A DNA stretch of 64,000 nt, taken from positions 3,104,001-3,168,000 of the forward strand of contig OZ245777.1 in assembly GCA_965227775.1 (NCBI GenBank), in the 5' to 3' direction. The DNA comes from Phycisphaerales bacterium. Lineage in GTDB: Bacteria; Planctomycetota; Phycisphaerae; Phycisphaerales; UBA1924. Of this stretch, positions 61,654-64,000 are shown piece after piece; positions within the stretch are counted from its first letter, which is position 1, and every line of letters begins with the position of its first letter. A model generated the notes under the pieces. That model searched no databases. It saw only the letters and a list, made by a program, of their open reading frames with translations, and had not been told where the DNA came from. Both the position numbers and the translations under genes were made by a program.

Positions 61654-61790
61654 CAGTGGGGATCCTCTGTTGGCAGGCCGCCGCATCGGGAACAGCCGTG
61701 CCCGGACTCCGAGCTAGTCAAAATGATAGCTCGCCGAGTAGGTCGACCATCTCCACGAGGGTTCACCACAAACGGTCCGCATAACCGCTT

Positions 61791-62888
61791 TCACCTACCG
61801 TACATTTCTCGTACCGGCGGGAGAAGATCGTCTCGCAGCACCTCGGCGAAGTCACGATGCGTTTGAACGCCGAGATCGCGAGCGGCGGTCGAGCGATCGA
61901 CGTCGCCTGGCCAGCTTGCCACGATGCGGGCCCGGCCGGGGTGGATGTCGTATCGCGGCTGGAACCCTTCAAAGTGCTTGGCAACGGCGGCCGCGATCTC
62001 ACCCGCTGTCGGTGCGAAGCTCGCGACGTTGTAGACGCGTTGCGAAGGCTGCTCGGCCTGGGCGAGCGCGAGCGTGGCGTCGATGGCGTCGGCCATCAGC
62101 ATGAACGGCAGTTGGGCGTCTTCGGGCACGAAGCACACGGCCTCGTTGCCTTTGGCCGCCGCGTGCAGCATGAGGGGGCCATAGTCGCTCGTGCCGCCGC
62201 TGGGCGCGGTGTGGGGGCTGATGAGGCCCGGGTATCGCACGCAACGGAAGTCGATCGGCGTGGGTGACTCGCCGCGATCGAGCAACTGGTAGTGCTCGGC
62301 GTAGTAGCGGCCGAGGTGCTCGCAGCAGAGCTTGTTGACGCCGTACATGGTGATGGGATTGAGATAGTCATCCTCGCCAACCGCGCCGGCTCGCTGCTTC
62401 TCTGCTTCGCTGGGCAGGCCGTACACCGCAATCGAGCTGGGGTAGATGAACTTGACGGGCCTGCCGGTGGCCTTGGCCTGCTCGGAGAGAAGTCGCAGCA
62501 GGTTCATCGTGCCCTGCGTGTTCACGTCGTGGGCGAGGGATGGGTTACGTTCGCCGGTCGAGCTCAGGAGCGCGGCGAGGTGGTAGACCTCGGTGATCTC
62601 GTATCGAGCGAGAATCGGGGCGAGCGCAAAAGGGTCTCGCACATCTCCGGTGAACACGGCGTGGCAGCGGCTGGCGAGATCGTCATCGATCGCACGCAGA
62701 TCGAACGCGACGATGGGCGTGTCGACCGACTCGCTGAGCCTGTGGATCAGGCCATGGCCAACCTCGCCGCCGGCCCCCGTGAGGAGGATGGCCTGGCGAC
62801 GTGGCACGCCTTGAGCACCTTCGGCATCGGTGCTGGCGGTGGGCTCCAGCGCGGTCGGGAACAGACGCAGATAGGGGATCTCGCTCAC
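61791..62888 (-). CDS. NAD-dependent epimerase/dehydratase, SDR-type L-threonine 3-dehydrogenase-like
   Basis: TGAGGEVG, YHLAALLS..GE, PSSIAVYG, YGVNK, RYPG.IS...P.GGTSDY, SWP; GTG start 5 nt after TATCCT. Confidence 0.8.
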   Translation of the reverse strand: MSEIPYLRLFPTALEPTASTDAEGAQGVPRRQAILLTGAGGEVGHGLIHRLSESVDTPIVAFDLRAIDDDLASRCHAVFTGDVRDPFALAPILARYEITEVYHLAALLSSTGERNPSLAHDVNTQGTMNLLRLLSEQAKATGRPVKFIYPSSIAVYGLPSEAEKQRAGAVGEDDYLNPITMYGVNKLCCEHLGRYYAEHYQLLDRGESPTPIDFRCVRYPGLISPHTAPSGGTSDYGPLMLHAAAKGNEAVCFVPEDAQLPFMLMADAIDATLALAQAEQPSQRVYNVASFAPTAGEIAAAVAKHFEGFQPRYDIHPGRARIVASWPGDVDRSTAARDLGVQTHRDFAEVLRDDLLPPVREMYGR

Positions 62889-62990
62889 GCAGCAGGATAG
62901 GAGCGGCCGGCCAGAGTGGCGTTCGCTGTGGGGCAACTAGGGTTCGGTTTACGGGGCGATCGAGGCTGCCGCCTGCGGTACCATCGCGGC

Positions 62991-63194
62991 ATGGCCGTTG
63001 CCATCATTGCGATCGTGTTTGGATATGCGGGCCTTGGCTTGCTCGTGGCCGTGCCGATGTGCGTCGCGGGGCTGGGGCGGATTGATCCGACCGCCGCGGA
63101 CGGAACCTGGGGCTTCAGGACGTTCGCGATCCCCGGCGTGATTGCGCTCTGGCCGCTGGTGCTCGGGCGCTGGTTGCGAAGGGGCAAGGCGTGA
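62991..63194 (+). CDS. Small membrane protein (67 aa)
   Basis: Two hydrophobic segments, RIDP.A..GTWGFR..AIPG...LWP; stop overlaps next start (GTGA). Confidence 0.7.
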   Translation: MAVAIIAIVFGYAGLGLLVAVPMCVAGLGRIDPTAADGTWGFRTFAIPGVIALWPLVLGRWLRRGKA

Positions 63195-63334
63195 GGGCCG
63201 CGCATCGGCGCATGCATGTTGTGCTATGGGTGCTCGTGCTCGCCGGCACGCTGGCGATCATCGTCGCGAGCTGGATACAGCGCACGGGTGACACACAGCC
63301 GGGCCCGAGCGTTTCGGTCGGGGCCGAGCCATGA
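63191..63334 (+). CDS. Small single-TM protein (47 aa; not in ORF track)
   Basis: MRAAHRRMHVVLWVLVLAGTLAIIVASW...; GTGA and ATGA overlaps on both sides. Confidence 0.6.
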   Translation: MRAAHRRMHVVLWVLVLAGTLAIIVASWIQRTGDTQPGPSVSVGAEP

Positions 63335-64000
63335 GCGCAGCGTACCGGGCGGTATACTGGACCAAGCACAAGGTCGTGTATGACCTCGTACTCGCGGGCG
63401 TGTGCGTCGCGTTCGTTGGCGTGTTCGTTGGCGTCGGAATGGCCGTGAACCCACCGCCGAACGACGTTTCGCCGCCGATCCTGGTCATGCGCGCACTTGG
63501 CACGCTGGCGATCGTGCTGTTGCATGTCGTGTTATTGATCGGGCCGCTGGCGAGGATCTGGCCGCGCACGACGTTCCTTCTGGCGAATCGGCGGCATCTG
63601 GGCGTCACGACGTTCCTCGTCGCCGGGCTGCACGCGTTGATCGTGTACGGCTTTTACGGCGGCTTTGGCGTCGACAATCCGGTGCTCGCCGTGCTCGTGC
63701 GGCCGGACGGCAGCGTGGGATTCGAGTTTCTCGGGTTCCTGGCGCTGCTGGTGTTGTTCTTGATGGCGGCGACGAGCCACGACTTCTGGCTTGCATTCCT
63801 CGGGCACGGCGTGTGGAAGGCGATACACATGGCCGTGTACGTCGCGTATGCGCTCGTGGTCGCACATGTCGTGTTCGGGGTCTTGCGAAGCGAGAAGTCG
63901 CTCGTGTTCCCGGCAATGTTGCTGGCGGGCGCGATGGTGTTGGGCGGCTTGCACCTGGTCGCTGGGATACGCGAGTGGCGGCGCGATTCTGCGAAGCCAG
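63331..64000 (+). CDS. Ferric-reductase-like (MsrQ/YedZ-type) transmembrane heme protein, 3'-truncated by window edge
   Basis: Translated manually: LIGPLAR, NRRHLGV, GLH, MAATSHD, WKAIH..VY.AY....H; multiple TM segments. Confidence 0.8.
   Translation, partial: MSAAYRAVYWTKHKVVYDLVLAGVCVAFVGVFVGVGMAVNPPPNDVSPPILVMRALGTLAIVLLHVVLLIGPLARIWPRTTFLLANRRHLGVTTFLVAGLHALIVYGFYGGFGVDNPVLAVLVRPDGSVGFEFLGFLALLVLFLMAATSHDFWLAFLGHGVWKAIHMAVYVAYALVVAHVVFGVLRSEKSLVFPAMLLAGAMVLGGLHLVAGIREWRRDSAKP

Overview
This GC-rich window is core chromosome, most likely from a Planctomycetota (Phycisphaerales-like) bacterium. That is an inference from the exported proteins ending in 'DFDGDG..IFDFLAFQN.F.AGC' dockerin-like tails, the long YidC and the planctomycete-style sigma factors. 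It holds about 50 CDS and two tRNAs (Glu-CTC, Arg-ACG). Housekeeping genes include gluQ, mreBCD, hppA, rpsT, ppc, pilT, sodA, a MacAB-TolC-like exporter, dnaA, two clpP, yidC, mnmE, aroC and pyrD. No CRISPR array, transposase, integrase or prophage gene was seen. Best candidates for undescribed systems: (1) a PspA/IM30-like gene divergent from an ECF sigma factor whose DAED motif is replaced by TVRD, followed by a membrane Ser/Thr kinase; (2) pilT followed by a membrane-anchored GspE/PilB-like ATPase with all catalytic motifs degenerate and a CvpA-like protein with a large extracytoplasmic domain; (3) two translationally coupled small membrane proteins plus an MsrQ/ferric-reductase-like cytochrome at the right edge; (4) a stand-alone B12-binding domain fused to a MeaB GTPase; (5) a TAnnnT element 5-7 nt upstream of ten start codons, suggesting widespread leaderless mRNAs. 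All family calls come from reading motifs by eye; no database searches were run.
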